Part shown: piece by piece, positions 43,683-44,142 of the stretch
Layout of the letters: the number at the start of each line of letters is the position of its first letter
Position numbering within the stretch: position 1 is the first letter of the stretch
Virus record (IMG/VR): IMGVR_UViG_3300009702_000004
Coordinates: 1 to 44,142 of that record
Origin: a virus
DNA: 44,142 nt
Reading direction: 5' to 3' (one strand)
Program-made: the position numbers and the translations under genes
Notes under the pieces: model-generated
What the model saw: only the letters and a program-made list of their open reading frames with translations
Told to the model about the DNA's origin: nothing
The model's database searches: none

Positions 43683-44142
43683 TTATGTCCACACTGGAAT
43701 CCAGTGTGCAACGCCGTTGATGTCGATCTCCACCCACTGTGCCTGTGCGGCAACAGTTGGGCCGGAGCCTCCGATTGTTCCCAGCGTGGCGGCTGCGCCC
43801 GCGCCGAGGGCTATTCCCCTATTGATGTCCAAACGGCCATTCACAACTACATCACCGCCAAAGATACTTCCTGCTGTTCCTGTGTGGTTGATAAAGGTAC
43901 CGTTGTTCATTGCAGAGTTGATTCCGCGGATAGTGGTCGGTCCTGAGATATTCGCTATATCAATTCCATTGAAGGTGCCAATAGTTCCGCCAGCCGTCAG
44001 AGTCACCGCTTTTACAGCGAAGATACTAGCAGTCGTAATAGAAGCAGACCCCACTGTGGCGTCTACTGACAAGGAGCCATAGAATAACTCTACGCTAGTC
44101 TGCGTGATTGAACCGCCATTTATATTCGGACCCCACTTTGGC
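43683..44142 (-). CDS. Tail-fibre-like protein, 3' part (same gene as 1..926; nt 44020-44142 duplicate nt 1-123)
   Basis: In frame with the open minus frame of 1..926. The start at 44072 in the track is an internal TTG. Confidence 0.75.
   Translation of the reverse strand, partial: PKWGPNINGGSITQTSVELFYGSLSVDATVGSASITTASIFAVKAVTLTAGGTIGTFNGIDIANISGPTTIRGINSAMNNGTFINHTGTAGSIFGGDVVVNGRLDINRGIALGAGAAATLGTIGGSGPTVAAQAQWVEIDINGVAHWIPVWT
44020..44142. repeat. Second copy of the 123-nt terminal overlap
   Basis: Identical to nt 1-123. Confidence 0.97.

Noticed and set aside
1-44142. Diversity-generating retroelement acting on the fibre genes.
   Set aside because: No reverse transcriptase was seen, and no template/variable repeat pair was noticed.

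Overview
The window is one closed phage genome. Its first 123 nt are identical to its last 123 nt, giving a unique length of 44,019 bp. All convincing genes lie on the minus strand in a T7-like (Autographiviridae-style) podovirus order. Reading high to low coordinates: a lower-GC block of about 27 small early ORFs (38.5->32.8 kb); single-subunit RNA polymerase; a replication and nucleotide-metabolism block (gp2.5-like SSB, endonuclease I, amidase, primase-helicase, family A DNA polymerase, phosphoesterase, 5'-3' exonuclease, two NTP-pyrophosphatase-like proteins, 5'-nucleotidase); portal, scaffold and T7 gp10-like capsid with a strong terminator; tail tubular A and B, three internal virion proteins, small and large terminase. 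After the terminase comes an accessory module: a tail fibre spanning the window junction, a discoidin-like protein, tRNA-Asn, an SPFH protein and membrane proteins. No integrase, reverse transcriptase or CRISPR array is visible. The most unusual content is non-protein. (1) A block of about 1 kb (38.5-39.6 kb) is GC-rich, ORF-free and hairpin-dense, ends in a tRNA-like element, and lies between the late and early modules. It is a candidate large structured RNA. (2) An 80-nt element (33184-33263) has the acceptor stem, G3:U70 pair, T-arm and 5' signature of tmRNA but no tag-coding domain. (3) Several repeat arrays: three A6-containing repeats at 39.75-39.87 kb, a run of Shine-Dalgarno-like repeats upstream of the RNAP gene, and a 23-nt motif present twice. 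Protein functions are assigned from motifs I recognise, gene order and size. No database search or folding program was run. The plus-strand ORFs in the track are treated as spurious.
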